Source of the DNA: an uncultured delta proteobacterium
Lineage (GTDB): Bacteria > Myxococcota_A > Polyangia > Fen-1088
Direction: 5' to 3'
Assembly: GCA_963737265.1 (NCBI GenBank)
Contig: CAVTRY010000011.1
Location: 96,001-160,000 of the forward strand
Length of the DNA: 64,000 nt
The position numbers and the translations under genes are program-made. How positions within the stretch are numbered: the stretch's first letter is position 1; the number at the start of each line of letters is the position of its first letter. Below, one piece after another: positions 49,689 through 59,041 of the stretch. The notes under the pieces were generated by a model that saw nothing but the letters and a program-made list of their open reading frames with translations, was not told the origin of the DNA and did not search any database.

Positions 49689-50420
49689 CTATTTCCTTTC
49701 GACCACGACCAGAACTTCCTCGGCCACCAAGTCGTCGTCGGGACGCAGCTCGCGCGGGACACCTTCGACCAGAGCGTACCCCGACACGATGTGAACCCCG
49801 TTCGACTCTGTCCAGTCTAGCAAGTCGCGCAAGGTGAGCAGGTGAATGTTGGCCGACTCGTACCAATGATAGGGCAGGCGGTCGGTCACTGGCATCCGGC
49901 TGTGCGCCGCCAGATCCACAACCACCCGGTAGTGGGCAAAGTTCGGGAACGATACGATGCCGCGCTTGCCGACGCGCAACATTTCATCGAGCACCCCGCA
50001 CGGGTCCTGCAAGGTTTGCAGGGTCTCTTCCAGCACCACGACATCGAAGGTCTTGTCGGGACACCAGCGCAGGCCGGCGCCCAAATCGGCCTGAATCACC
50101 GGCACGCCGCGATCCACGCAGGAAAAAACCTGATCCGCGTCGATCTCCACGCCTTGGCCGCGCACGTTGCGTTCTCGCATCAGGCGTTCAAGCAGAAAGC
50201 CGTCGCCGCAGCCAAGGTCGAGCACGCTGGCGCCAACCGGGATTTCGCGCGAGATGACTTCCTCCTGCCAGCGCGTCTCGGCGGATTCCTCCGCGCGGCG
50301 GCTGACATGCGCTTTCACCAAGGCGACGATTTCGGAGGCGCGGCGTTCGAATAATCCTTCCGGTAGCCGAGCCAGGCCGCGGTCAGTGATGAGATTTCGA
50401 TCAGCAAAGGGTTGGGTCAT
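49689..50420 (-). CDS. metW: Methionine biosynthesis protein MetW
   Basis: VLDLGCGDG, VSFPNFAHY, MPVTDRLPYHWYESANIH; follows metX. Confidence 0.88.
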   Translation of the reverse strand: MTQPFADRNLITDRGLARLPEGLFERRASEIVALVKAHVSRRAEESAETRWQEEVISREIPVGASVLDLGCGDGFLLERLMRERNVRGQGVEIDADQVFSCVDRGVPVIQADLGAGLRWCPDKTFDVVVLEETLQTLQDPCGVLDEMLRVGKRGIVSFPNFAHYRVVVDLAAHSRMPVTDRLPYHWYESANIHLLTLRDLLDWTESNGVHIVSGYALVEGVPRELRPDDDLVAEEVLVVVERK

Positions 50421-50428
50421 GGTGACTC

Positions 50429-51625
50429 CTAGTGCGCGAGAAAGCCGCGCAGCAGCCGTCCGACTTTTTGCGTTTCGACCAGGAACGAGTCGTGGCCAAA
50501 GCGCGAGGGCACATTGGCGTAGGTTACCTTCACGCCAGTCCTGGCCATGGCGAGCGCGAGCTCTTTGCAATCGCCGGGTGGGTAGAGCCAGTCGGAATCG
50601 AAGGACACCACCAGGGCGCGCGAGCGCACGCGGCGGCAGGCTTCGACCAGATTGCCATTCCCCCAGGCCGCCGCCGCGTCGTAGTAGTCCATGGCGCGCG
50701 TGATGTAGAGGTAGCTGTTGGCATCGAAGCGCTCGACGAACGCGCGGCCCTGGTAGTCGAGGTAGCTCTCGACGGCGAATTCGATGCCGAAGCCGGCCTT
50801 TTGCTCGCTGTTATGTTGCAAGCGGCGGCCGAATTTCTCGTGCATGCCTTCGTCGGACAGATAGGTGATGTGCGCCAGCATGCGCGCCGCCGCCAGGCCC
50901 GCGTCGGGACCACCGCCGTTGCCGTAGTAGTCGCCGCTGGCGAAGCGCGGATCGTTCAGGATGCAGTGGCGGGCCACGGCGTTGAAGGCCAGGCCCTGCG
51001 CGGAAAGGCGCGCGCTGGCGGCCAGGATTACGGCGCGCTCGACGCGCTCGGGATAGGCGAGGGCCATTTCCAGCGCTTGCTGGCCACCCAACGAGCCGCC
51101 AACCACCGCACACACGCGCGCGATGCCGAGCGCGTCGAGCAGCCGTCCGTGCAACTTCACCCAGTCGCCCACCGTGACCATGGGAAAGTGCAGGCCATAC
51201 TGCTTGCCGGTGCGCGGGTCGATCGACGACGGGCAGGTGGTGCCGTAGCAACTGCCGAGGACGTTCGGGCAGATGACGAAGTAGCGGTTGGTGTCGATGG
51301 CCTTGCCCGGCCCGACGATGGCGTCCCACCAGCCCGCCTTGCGCAGGCGCCACACGCGCCCATTTTTTGCCGCGTCCTTGTCCCATCCCGCGACGTGGGC
51401 GTCGCCTGTCAGCGCGTGGGCGACGAAGACCGCGTTGTCCTTGCGCGGGGAGAGCGTGCCATAGGTTTCGTACTCGACGTCGATGGTCCCCATGCTGCCG
51501 CCGAGCTCCAGAGTCATCGGCGCGTCGGCCGCCACGATCCGGACGTTCTGCGCGCTCGTCCAGCCGACCGAATCGGGTGCCTCTGGGCCGCTGTCGCGCG
51601 ACCCTTCTTTTTCCTCGGGAGTCAT
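50429..51625 (-). CDS. metX: Homoserine O-acetyltransferase MetX
   Basis: HALTGDAH, GWWDAIVGPGK, GGSLGG nucleophile elbow, FDANSY, GHDSFL. Confidence 0.94.
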   Translation of the reverse strand: MTPEEKEGSRDSGPEAPDSVGWTSAQNVRIVAADAPMTLELGGSMGTIDVEYETYGTLSPRKDNAVFVAHALTGDAHVAGWDKDAAKNGRVWRLRKAGWWDAIVGPGKAIDTNRYFVICPNVLGSCYGTTCPSSIDPRTGKQYGLHFPMVTVGDWVKLHGRLLDALGIARVCAVVGGSLGGQQALEMALAYPERVERAVILAASARLSAQGLAFNAVARHCILNDPRFASGDYYGNGGGPDAGLAAARMLAHITYLSDEGMHEKFGRRLQHNSEQKAGFGIEFAVESYLDYQGRAFVERFDANSYLYITRAMDYYDAAAAWGNGNLVEACRRVRSRALVVSFDSDWLYPPGDCKELALAMARTGVKVTYANVPSRFGHDSFLVETQKVGRLLRGFLAH

Positions 51626-51692
51626 CGACCCCTATCAGTTCACAAGCAGGTGGGTATGCGCAAGGCCTGGACGAATATCCGGGGCGCAAAGG

Positions 51693-52139
51693 CTAAATTG
51701 AATAGTCGGGCGCGTTATTGCCCAAGGCCGCTCGGTAGCGTTCGACCAGAATCTGGAAGCTAGCTGAATCGTACACCGAGCTGGCCGTGCGAACCGCCGC
51801 CTCCCAAATGGGCGCGAATACCAGCTGCGAGGCGTGCGAGCCGCCGCCCACGCTCCGGCCCGCGATTTCGGGCTCGGCAAGCGTACCCTGAACGACGCGC
51901 AGAACGTCGCCGACCGAAATTCGCGCCGGCGGGCGGGCGAGCACGTAACCGCCTTCATTGCCTCGGCGCGATTCCACCAGGCTGGCGCGCTTGAGCTGGG
52001 CCAGAATTGCTTCCAAGAAGCGCGCCGGGATCGCCTGAGCCTTTGCAATTTCGCCAATCGAAACAGGGCCCTGACCAAAGCGCACTGAAAGCTCAAGGAT
52101 CGCTCGCAGCGCATATTTGCTCTTTTGAGTAATCGCCAT
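51693..52139 (-). CDS. Rrf2-family regulator, Cys-less (CymR-like)
   Basis: YALRAILEL, IAKAQAIPARFLEAIL, SRRGNEGGYVL; no Fe-S cysteines. Confidence 0.9.
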   Translation of the reverse strand: MAITQKSKYALRAILELSVRFGQGPVSIGEIAKAQAIPARFLEAILAQLKRASLVESRRGNEGGYVLARPPARISVGDVLRVVQGTLAEPEIAGRSVGGGSHASQLVFAPIWEAAVRTASSVYDSASFQILVERYRAALGNNAPDYSI

Positions 52140-52163
52140 CCGTCAACCTGCGCCAACAATTGT

Positions 52164-52188
52164 AATTCCGACTAATCTGGTCGACTAT
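52164..52188 (-). promoter_or_regulatory. Rrf2/IscR type-1-like palindromic operator overlapping the promoter of rrf2-metX-metW-hemN
   Basis: Minus strand ATAGTCGACCAGATTAGTCGGAATT resembles ATASYYGACTRWWWYAGTCRRSTAT; TTGACA at 52212-52207 lies upstream. Confidence 0.65.
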
Positions 52189-52243
52189 TTAACGCCGGAT
52201 CTTGGATGTCAAGGCGGGCTGCATGAAGGGGGTCGGGGAATGG

Positions 52244-52786
52244 CTACTTCGCGGAAGCCTCCAGCGCGTCCAGCGCGGCCAAGACCTCGCGGCTGTGCGT
52301 GGCAGGCTTCACGTCGGCAAACACGCGAACTACCTCACCCTGCGGATCGATGATGAAGGTGTGGCGGGCGGCCAGCTTGGTCACGATCAGGTTGTTCAGC
52401 GACCCGTAAGCCGCCGCCACCTTTTTCTCGGTGTCGGCCAGGAGCTTGAAGGTCAGGCCCTGCTGCGCGCAGAATTCCTTGTGCGACTCCACGCTGTCGA
52501 CGCTCACGCCTAGGATGATCGCCTTGCGCTTGGCGTATTCGGCCTGGTCCTGGGCGAAGTTGTGCGCCTCAAGCGTGCACCCCGAGGTCTTGTCCTTGGG
52601 ATAGAAATAGAGGACGACCCAGCTGCCGTGCAGGGCCGACAGCTTGACCTGGGTGCCGTCCTGGGAAGGCAGGCTGAAATCCGGGGCCGCGCTGCCGGGG
52701 GACGGCATCTCTGCGGCGTTTGCGCGCAGAGGCCAGGCAATCAGGAAGATCGCGACTAGGCCGAGTATTCCCGGGGTTGTGTTCAT
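52244..52786 (-). CDS. Peroxiredoxin (BCP/PrxQ type, no CxxxxC resolving Cys) with signal peptide
   Basis: YFYPKDKTSGCTLEA, GVSVD, RHTFIID; N-terminal hydrophobic segment ending ANA. Confidence 0.88.
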   Translation of the reverse strand: MNTTPGILGLVAIFLIAWPLRANAAEMPSPGSAAPDFSLPSQDGTQVKLSALHGSWVVLYFYPKDKTSGCTLEAHNFAQDQAEYAKRKAIILGVSVDSVESHKEFCAQQGLTFKLLADTEKKVAAAYGSLNNLIVTKLAARHTFIIDPQGEVVRVFADVKPATHSREVLAALDALEASAK

Positions 52787-52899
52787 GGTGAGCTCCAAGA
52801 GTGCTTTTCTCTTGGATGCCCGGGGCGCGCGTTGGCTTCGCTATTTCATCCTGTCTCCGCACACGTCCGTCGGAGCTTCGTCGACGGCTTTGGGCTGGC

Positions 52900-53415
52900 C
52901 TATCCCAGTCCGACCACGTTGGCGAGAATTCCCTTAGCGAAGTCGGATGAAGGCAGGCCTGCCGTCGCCATCGGCCGCACAGCGGGAAGCCCTGACGTAG
53001 CCTCATCGGGCGACTGTTCGAGCAGGAATTGGGCAAGCAGTCGGTCGGCGTCGTTGACGTGATAGACGGCCCAGTCCTCGAGCAGGAAAAAGATCGCGGA
53101 TCTGGTTTCGTCGATACGTTCTTCTTTGCTCGATCGCGCGGCGATCGCTCTGGCTTCGCGGCGAATGTGATCGTGGAACGCGGAATGAAAGCGCCGGCTG
53201 GTGTAGCGGTGCTGGCGCATGGCCAACTCCTCGGAGGAGAAGTGATACTCGACGTAGGCGACGAGGAAATTCACCGCGCGCTGAAACTGTTCGGGGCTCT
53301 TCGCCAAGTCGGTTGAGAACAGAACCTCGTTCGCCATGGCGAACAGAGTGCGGTGTTGGAAGTCGATATCGGAGCTCCCTGTCTCGAGCTCCGGCGTAAA
53401 TTCAAATCGGTGCAT
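52900..53415 (-). CDS. Bacteriohemerythrin
   Basis: LETGSSDIDFQH, HFSSEE, HSAFH, HVNDAD diiron ligand set; RBS AGGAGAG. Confidence 0.88.
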   Translation of the reverse strand: MHRFEFTPELETGSSDIDFQHRTLFAMANEVLFSTDLAKSPEQFQRAVNFLVAYVEYHFSSEELAMRQHRYTSRRFHSAFHDHIRREARAIAARSSKEERIDETRSAIFFLLEDWAVYHVNDADRLLAQFLLEQSPDEATSGLPAVRPMATAGLPSSDFAKGILANVVGLG

Positions 53416-53754
53416 AGCTCTCCTAGTGTCGTAGTTCCCTTGCCATTTCCGTTCTCGGTGGAGTAGGTGCAGTCCTTGAGGGCCCAAGTGAAGAAAAAGT
53501 GAAGAAAAATTCACAAATAGGTAGAACAACCTCGCATACGATCCATGACGCGGGATGGTGGCAGGTTTGGGTCATGTTTCATGCTAGTTTCGGACTCGCG
53601 ACTACAACGCTTTTCCGACCTGAAGGTGCCTGGTCATGGCAGACTCCGGCACCTTGTCATTGACGGCAGCGCCTAAACCATCTACGAAAGGCGCTGTACC
53701 TCGCAGCCAACAGTTGAACCTGCCCTGGTTTCCATGCAAGGAAGGGCGTACCCA

Positions 53755-55148
53755 ATGAAGACCATCACCGAGTTTTCCGGAATTCTGCTGCAGCGGGCGG
53801 CAGCGGCCCAGCGGACGTTTAGGGCAGCCAACCCGCGGCAGGCTACTCCTGCCGTCGAACAGGCCCCGCCGCCGGCCCCTGACGCATCGGAGCCGAGCGC
53901 AGGGATGGCAGGTGGGGAAGACGCGGAAGGTACGGAACGTACGGAACGTACGGAAGGCGCGGAAGATACGGAAGAAATCGTCTCAGGCGACGCGTCCGTC
54001 TCGGCTGACACCAATGCCGTGCCTGGGGACGGTGTGGTCGCCGAAGCCGCTCTGCCTGCCGAGGAGGCCGTGGCGGGAGGTGAAAACTCGGGCGCGAGCG
54101 AGGAACAGCCGGCGCCCTTCGCTGCCGACCTGGGCGCCGGGCCCGAGGCCGAAGCCGTGGCGGCGGAGCTGCAGGTCCAAGGCGACAGGCTTGCCCGTCT
54201 GATGGAAGCGCTCGACGTGGTCGGCAACCGGTCGGCTCAGGTGCGCCTCGTGCGCGTCCTTCAAGGCGAGGACGCTCCGAGCGGTGCGCAGAAGCGCGGC
54301 GAGTTTTACTACGCCGTGGACCTGATGCCCCGACCACAGAGCCAGCAGCGGGACGGATTTGACTCTCGCCGTGGCGGCCAGGGCGGGCGGGATCGCGGCG
54401 GCCGGCCGGGCGCAGGCGGTCCGCGCGGAGCGGGCGGCGGGCCGGGTGGAGGTGCGGGCGGACACGGCGGCCAGGGTGGGCGTGGCGGCAAATTCAGCAA
54501 CGATCGTCCTGGGGGGCGAGGCGGCGACAGCCGCGAGCCACGTGGCGAGGTGCCGCGCGGGGGAGCGGGCTGGATGTTGACCCGTGCTCCCGAAGACCGG
54601 CGCGGCGAAGCCGGCCCACCAGGGCTGATCGACGCGGAGACGGCCGTCCCCCGCGAGGGCCGCGCTTCGATAACCGTGGTCCTCGTCCACCTCAAGGTGC
54701 GCGTCCTGGAGCAGGGCCGGGCGCCGCCGGCGCGGGACCGGGGGCGGGACCAGGAGCAGGATCGCGAGATCGATTTCCACGTGGACCTCGTCCCGACGGT
54801 GCTGGCCCAAGACCCGGCCCGCGGCCCCAAGGGCCGGGTGACAGGCCAGCTGGTGGCCCTCGTTTCGAAGGCAGGCCGTCAGGTGGGCCAGGCGGACCAC
54901 CGAACGGTGGGCGCGGACCACGCCGGCCCGAAAGCGGCAACGACCGCGGCAACAACGATCGAAATTGGCCCGGTCGGCGACGCGGCGGTTGGGACGAGCC
55001 GTTGGTCGCGGAGCCGGCAGACACCGCCGCGCCAGCGTCGGCCAGCCAGGAAACCCCGGCGGTGGCACAAAACCTACCGGCACCTGCAACCGAGTCCGCC
55101 GTTCCAACGCACACCAACGTCGTCCCGTCGACGGACAACAACGGTTAG
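53755..55148 (+). CDS. Hypothetical, largely disordered protein with an acidic N-half, small folded core and RGG/RGPR-rich tail (apparent frameshift ~54622)
   Basis: MKTITEFSG start. Adding one G in the GGG run gives …ADRRGDGRPPRGPRFDNRGPRPP…NNG* ending at 55148, just before the convergent gene; the unshifted frame would overlap that gene by 200 bp. Confidence 0.65.
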
Positions 55149-55170
55149 TCGCGTAGGGAGGGGCCAGCTT

Positions 55171-56103
55171 TCAGCGTCTCGGCCGCGGCCGAGGTTTCCG
55201 CTTGGCACCCTTGCTAGGCGGGGCTGTCGCGATGGGTGGCAGCAGGGTCGGCTCGCATGTGAAGACCATGACTTGGCGTCCGCTACTGGTCTTCAGGCTG
55301 AGCACGGGAACCGAGTCCGATGGAACCGAACCACCCTTGTCGGGGATTTCAGCATGGGCAGCCGCCCCTGACGGCGGCGGGGAGCGGTAAAATGGTCGGA
55401 TCTGCGCCAGCTTTTCGGCGGTAACAAATTCGGCGGGACGGGATGCAGCTTGCCGCATACTTGGAGCCGCGGCCGGAGAAGGCGCATCCTTCGAGCCGCG
55501 CCCGAAGTAGATTTGGGTTAGCGCCGTTCTGTCGTCGGTGTCCGGGCCGCGCGCGGACGAGCCACCGCCGTTCGGGTACATGAGGGTCGCGTGCGTGTCG
55601 CTGTGGCCGAGTCCTAGGACATGCCCGAGCTCGTGGGTCAGAACGGACTGCAAATCGTAGCCTCCCCTCTCATCGGGTGCGGCAAACGAATGGTCGCATT
55701 CGTTGAGCTCTACCGTCGCCGACGTCACGACGCCCGTCGGCCGGCTGGCGGTGAACTCGGTGTTGCCAAGGTCCAGCGCGTCGCCCCGCCACTTGGCCCG
55801 GCAAAACTTGATGGTGAGATCCGCGTGGGTTCCTGCCACGAAACGAAAGCGGGGCTGGCCAAGGCGCATGGAATTCCAAATCTCCGCGGCGCTCTGGATG
55901 GCGCGTCCGACTCCTTGCAGACGGACGGTTCGGCCGGCGGCTTTTGGGTCGATTCCGACGGTGATCTCCGGCTTCGCCCAATGCACAATGGCGCCCGCAT
56001 CGGTCTTGAGCACCGCCGTCTTTCCCGAGGCGCGGCCAAGCATTAGAAGGACGACAATCAGTGGACCGCCGACCCTTGAGACACAGTGCGATGCCAAGCT
56101 CAT
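55171..56103 (-). CDS. Secreted matrixin-family (metzincin) metalloprotease
   Basis: HELGHVLGLGHS zinc motif, Met-turn LMYP, signal peptide. Confidence 0.88.
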   Translation of the reverse strand: MSLASHCVSRVGGPLIVVLLMLGRASGKTAVLKTDAGAIVHWAKPEITVGIDPKAAGRTVRLQGVGRAIQSAAEIWNSMRLGQPRFRFVAGTHADLTIKFCRAKWRGDALDLGNTEFTASRPTGVVTSATVELNECDHSFAAPDERGGYDLQSVLTHELGHVLGLGHSDTHATLMYPNGGGSSARGPDTDDRTALTQIYFGRGSKDAPSPAAAPSMRQAASRPAEFVTAEKLAQIRPFYRSPPPSGAAAHAEIPDKGGSVPSDSVPVLSLKTSSGRQVMVFTCEPTLLPPIATAPPSKGAKRKPRPRPRR

Positions 56104-56279
56104 GCCCTGCCGCTTCTATCGGCACAACCGCAGGCAAGGTAAACGCGGCAAACATAAACCCCTTTCGCCACGACTGACGTACGGGCGCAGCACCAGCCCA
56201 TGCGAAACTACGAGACTTTCTCGCACCGACGATCTACGACAGAGCACGCATGCGACACAGAAGACCGAGGCACCCTCGA

Positions 56280-57548
56280 ATGACAAGTGCAACCTCACGA
56301 ACGGTGGTCGCTTCGGTGTTGTTCCTCACGCTCGCTGCCAAGGCGAGCCCGGCCAAGTCGGCCACCGGCGACGAGCAGCGCGCAGCTTCGGCCATCGAGA
56401 AGGCGCTGCAAAAACACGGTGCGGACGTGCATCGCTGCTTCGCAAAGGTGTTGGCCGATCGCTTGGACGCGGCCGGGGCGGTCGAGGTCACGGTCGACGT
56501 GGGTCGGGCCGGCAAAGTCACGGCCGCCAAGGCGCGCAAGATCGAGAAGGGCGCCCCGGGCGCGCTCGCGACGTGCATCGAGAGCGCGGCCTTGGGTTGG
56601 ACCATCGACGGCATCGAAGCGGGGGCCAGCGTGGTTCTTCCTTTCTCCTTCAAGCCGCAAAGCCGGCAGTTCGTGGTCAATTCCGCCGACGTTCCCGAGC
56701 GTGCCCTCGGCGCTCCCGCGCCGGGCAAGGGCAAGCCCGGCCCCAGGCGCGACGTTCCCTTCACGGTCAAGATCCTCGCCGACGAAGTCAACGTGAAGGC
56801 CGAGGGAATCTCGCTGACCTTGCTAAGCGTGGGCCCCGCCAGTCGGGTGGCCATGCACCGGCATCCCCACAGCGCAAAGATTCTCTACCTTGTGAAGGGG
56901 CATGCCCGCCTGCTTGGGCCCGAGGGCATGACGCCGGTCAAGCTGGAGGAGGGCGCGGCGGTTTTCATTCCGGCGGGCTATCCGCACGTAATCGAGAACA
57001 TGGGCCGGCAATCGACCGCGGTATTCCTGCAGGCGTTCTCGCCGCCTGGTCCCGAACGCGTATATCGCGATCCGACCGACGCCCGCGGTCGCGCCGAGTT
57101 CGAGGTCATCCGCGACCCCGCTTCGGCGAAGGTGCCGCCGGAGGCTGGCGGGAAAATCATGGTTACGACCGCTGCGGAAACCAAATCAGTGACGCTCGCT
57201 CGTGGTGTCGGTACCGCGAAGACCCTTGTCGCGGCGAGCGGCGGCGGAACGCCTTCCATGTCGCTCGCTCTCTTGGAGCTCGCCGACGGCGCCGAGATCC
57301 AGGGCCGGGGCGACGCGCCCGGCGCCGAGGTGCTCTATTTCCTGTCAGGCGGCGGTAGCCTGAAAGCCGCGGGGGAAACCTTGCCGCTGGCGGCGAACTC
57401 CCTCGTCTATCTGCCCCATGGGACGGTCTATTCGATCGCGATTGCCGCGGCCGAGAAGGGCGAAAAAGTAGTCGCGGTGGAATTCAGGGCGTCCGCCGCC
57501 GCCAAGAGCCGCAGCGCTTCGGCGCCGGGCGGAATACCGAGGAAATAG
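56280..57548 (+). CDS. Exported protein with AgmX/PglI (TonB-C-like) domain and tandem cupin domains
   Basis: Signal peptide; VHRCFAKVL…GAVEVTVDVGRAGKV…CIESAALGW…LPFSF; cupin HRHPHSAKILYLVKG…IPAGYPHVIEN; second degenerate cupin. Confidence 0.7.
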   Translation: MTSATSRTVVASVLFLTLAAKASPAKSATGDEQRAASAIEKALQKHGADVHRCFAKVLADRLDAAGAVEVTVDVGRAGKVTAAKARKIEKGAPGALATCIESAALGWTIDGIEAGASVVLPFSFKPQSRQFVVNSADVPERALGAPAPGKGKPGPRRDVPFTVKILADEVNVKAEGISLTLLSVGPASRVAMHRHPHSAKILYLVKGHARLLGPEGMTPVKLEEGAAVFIPAGYPHVIENMGRQSTAVFLQAFSPPGPERVYRDPTDARGRAEFEVIRDPASAKVPPEAGGKIMVTTAAETKSVTLARGVGTAKTLVAASGGGTPSMSLALLELADGAEIQGRGDAPGAEVLYFLSGGGSLKAAGETLPLAANSLVYLPHGTVYSIAIAAAEKGEKVVAVEFRASAAAKSRSASAPGGIPRK

Positions 57549-57603
57549 CGGCGAACCCATCTAGCCATCACAGCTCACGAGTAAACCAAGGCGGATCCAC
57601 GCG

Positions 57604-58770
57604 ATGAACTTCGAGCTCAATCAGGAACAAAAGGTCCTTCAGAAAACCGTGCGCGACTTCTGCGCGCGCGAAATCATTCCCCACGCGGCTAGGTGGAGCG
57701 AAGAGGAGCGTTTTCCTCACGAAATCATCGAGCCGATTGCGGCCTTGGGGCTGCTTGGAATCCAGATCCCGGAGATCTATGGCGGCGCGGGCATGGGCCT
57801 ACTCGACCTGGCCGTTGCGGTCGAGGAGCTGTCGCGCGCCGACGCGTCCATTGGGCTAACCGTGGCCTCGCACAATCTCCTGTGCATGGACCACATCTAC
57901 CTGGCGGGTACGGACGACCAGCGCAAGAAGTACCTGCCTCGGCTGGCCAGCGGGCAAGCGCTCGGAGCATGGTGCTTGACCGAACCCGACTCGGGCTCGG
58001 ATGCGGGCGCGGCGCGAACGCGCGCCATCAAGCGCGATGGACAGGGCGGCGTCGAGTGGGTCTTGAACGGCGGCAAGAGCTTCATCACGCAGGGCTCGGT
58101 GGCCGGGGTTTACGTCGTATTAGCGTCGACCACGCCTGCGCGAAAACAGAAAGGGCTGACCGCGTTCATTCTGGAAAAGGGAATGCCCGGGCTTCGTCCC
58201 GGCAGGCACGTGCAGAAGATGGGCCTGTGGGCCTCGGACACGGCCGACGTCGTCATCGAAGAAGTTGTGGTGTCCGATGACCAACGCCTGGGGCAGATCG
58301 ACAGCGGCTTCTTCGACACCGGAAAGGTGCTCGATCGCGGGCGCATCGGCATCGGCGCGTGGGCCGTCGGCATCGGTCGGGCGGCCCTCGAAGCCGCGAA
58401 AACCTACGCTCAGCAGCGCATCCAGTTCGGCAAGCCCATCGCCGAATTTCAGGCCATCCGCACCATGCTGGCCGACATGGCGACCGAGCTCGATGCTGCC
58501 CGCTTGCTGGTCTGGCGTGCAGCCGTCATGCAGGACCGCAACCAACGCACCACCCGCGAATCCTCGGTCGCGAAATACTACGCCTCGCAGGCGGCGGTGC
58601 GCGCGTGCGATTCAGCGGTGCGGATCCACGGTGGCTACGGCTACACCCGCGAGTTCCCGGTCGAACGCTACCTGCGCGACGTGAAGCTGGCCGAGATCGG
58701 CGAGGGGACGTCGGAAATCCAGAAGCTCGTGATCGCGCGCGAGGTGCTGAAGGGTGCGTCCACGGCCTAG
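57604..58770 (+). CDS. Acyl-CoA dehydrogenase
   Basis: CLTEPDSGSD, LNGGKSFITQG, RIQFGKPI, IHGGYGY, IGEGTSEIQ. Confidence 0.95.
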   Translation: MNFELNQEQKVLQKTVRDFCAREIIPHAARWSEEERFPHEIIEPIAALGLLGIQIPEIYGGAGMGLLDLAVAVEELSRADASIGLTVASHNLLCMDHIYLAGTDDQRKKYLPRLASGQALGAWCLTEPDSGSDAGAARTRAIKRDGQGGVEWVLNGGKSFITQGSVAGVYVVLASTTPARKQKGLTAFILEKGMPGLRPGRHVQKMGLWASDTADVVIEEVVVSDDQRLGQIDSGFFDTGKVLDRGRIGIGAWAVGIGRAALEAAKTYAQQRIQFGKPIAEFQAIRTMLADMATELDAARLLVWRAAVMQDRNQRTTRESSVAKYYASQAAVRACDSAVRIHGGYGYTREFPVERYLRDVKLAEIGEGTSEIQKLVIAREVLKGASTA

Positions 58771-58921
58771 CTCGGCGAGGTAGACCGACATGCGCGGGGC
58801 CCGCCGTTTTAGCGTAATCCCGCGACAAGCGCAGCGAGGTCGCGGAAGGCGGCCGAAAGGCGCCTTTCCAGGATGGGGACGCGCCACCCAGTTGGAGCGA
58901 TGACTGGTGGTCGTAAACGTC

Positions 58922-58972
58922 GTCGTGGCCGTGGCCGACGAAGATCACTCCGGCCACGGCCACGGCCACGAC
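58922..58972. repeat. Hexamer-periodic (GTGGCC/GGCCAC) perfect 16-bp inverted repeat, intergenic
   Basis: gtcgtggccgtggccg (58922-58937) is the reverse complement of cggccacggccacgac (58957-58972). Confidence 0.8.
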
Positions 58973-59041
58973 CACGGCCGCGACCTTCTGCGCCTATCGC
59001 AGGATTTCAGTGTTCTAGCGGCGACCTGGATCGCGTGCATA

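Noticed and set aside
53620-53700. GCCTAAACC hairpin resembling part of a c-di-GMP-I riboswitch
   Set aside because: The GGCAAA…GAAA…GACGCAAA core is absent; only generic hairpins are supported
58907-59041. His-rich N-terminus (HSGHGHGHDHG) as a nickel-binding tag on the kinase
   Set aside because: It is the translation of an intergenic hexamer inverted repeat; the likely start is ATG 59042 or 59051
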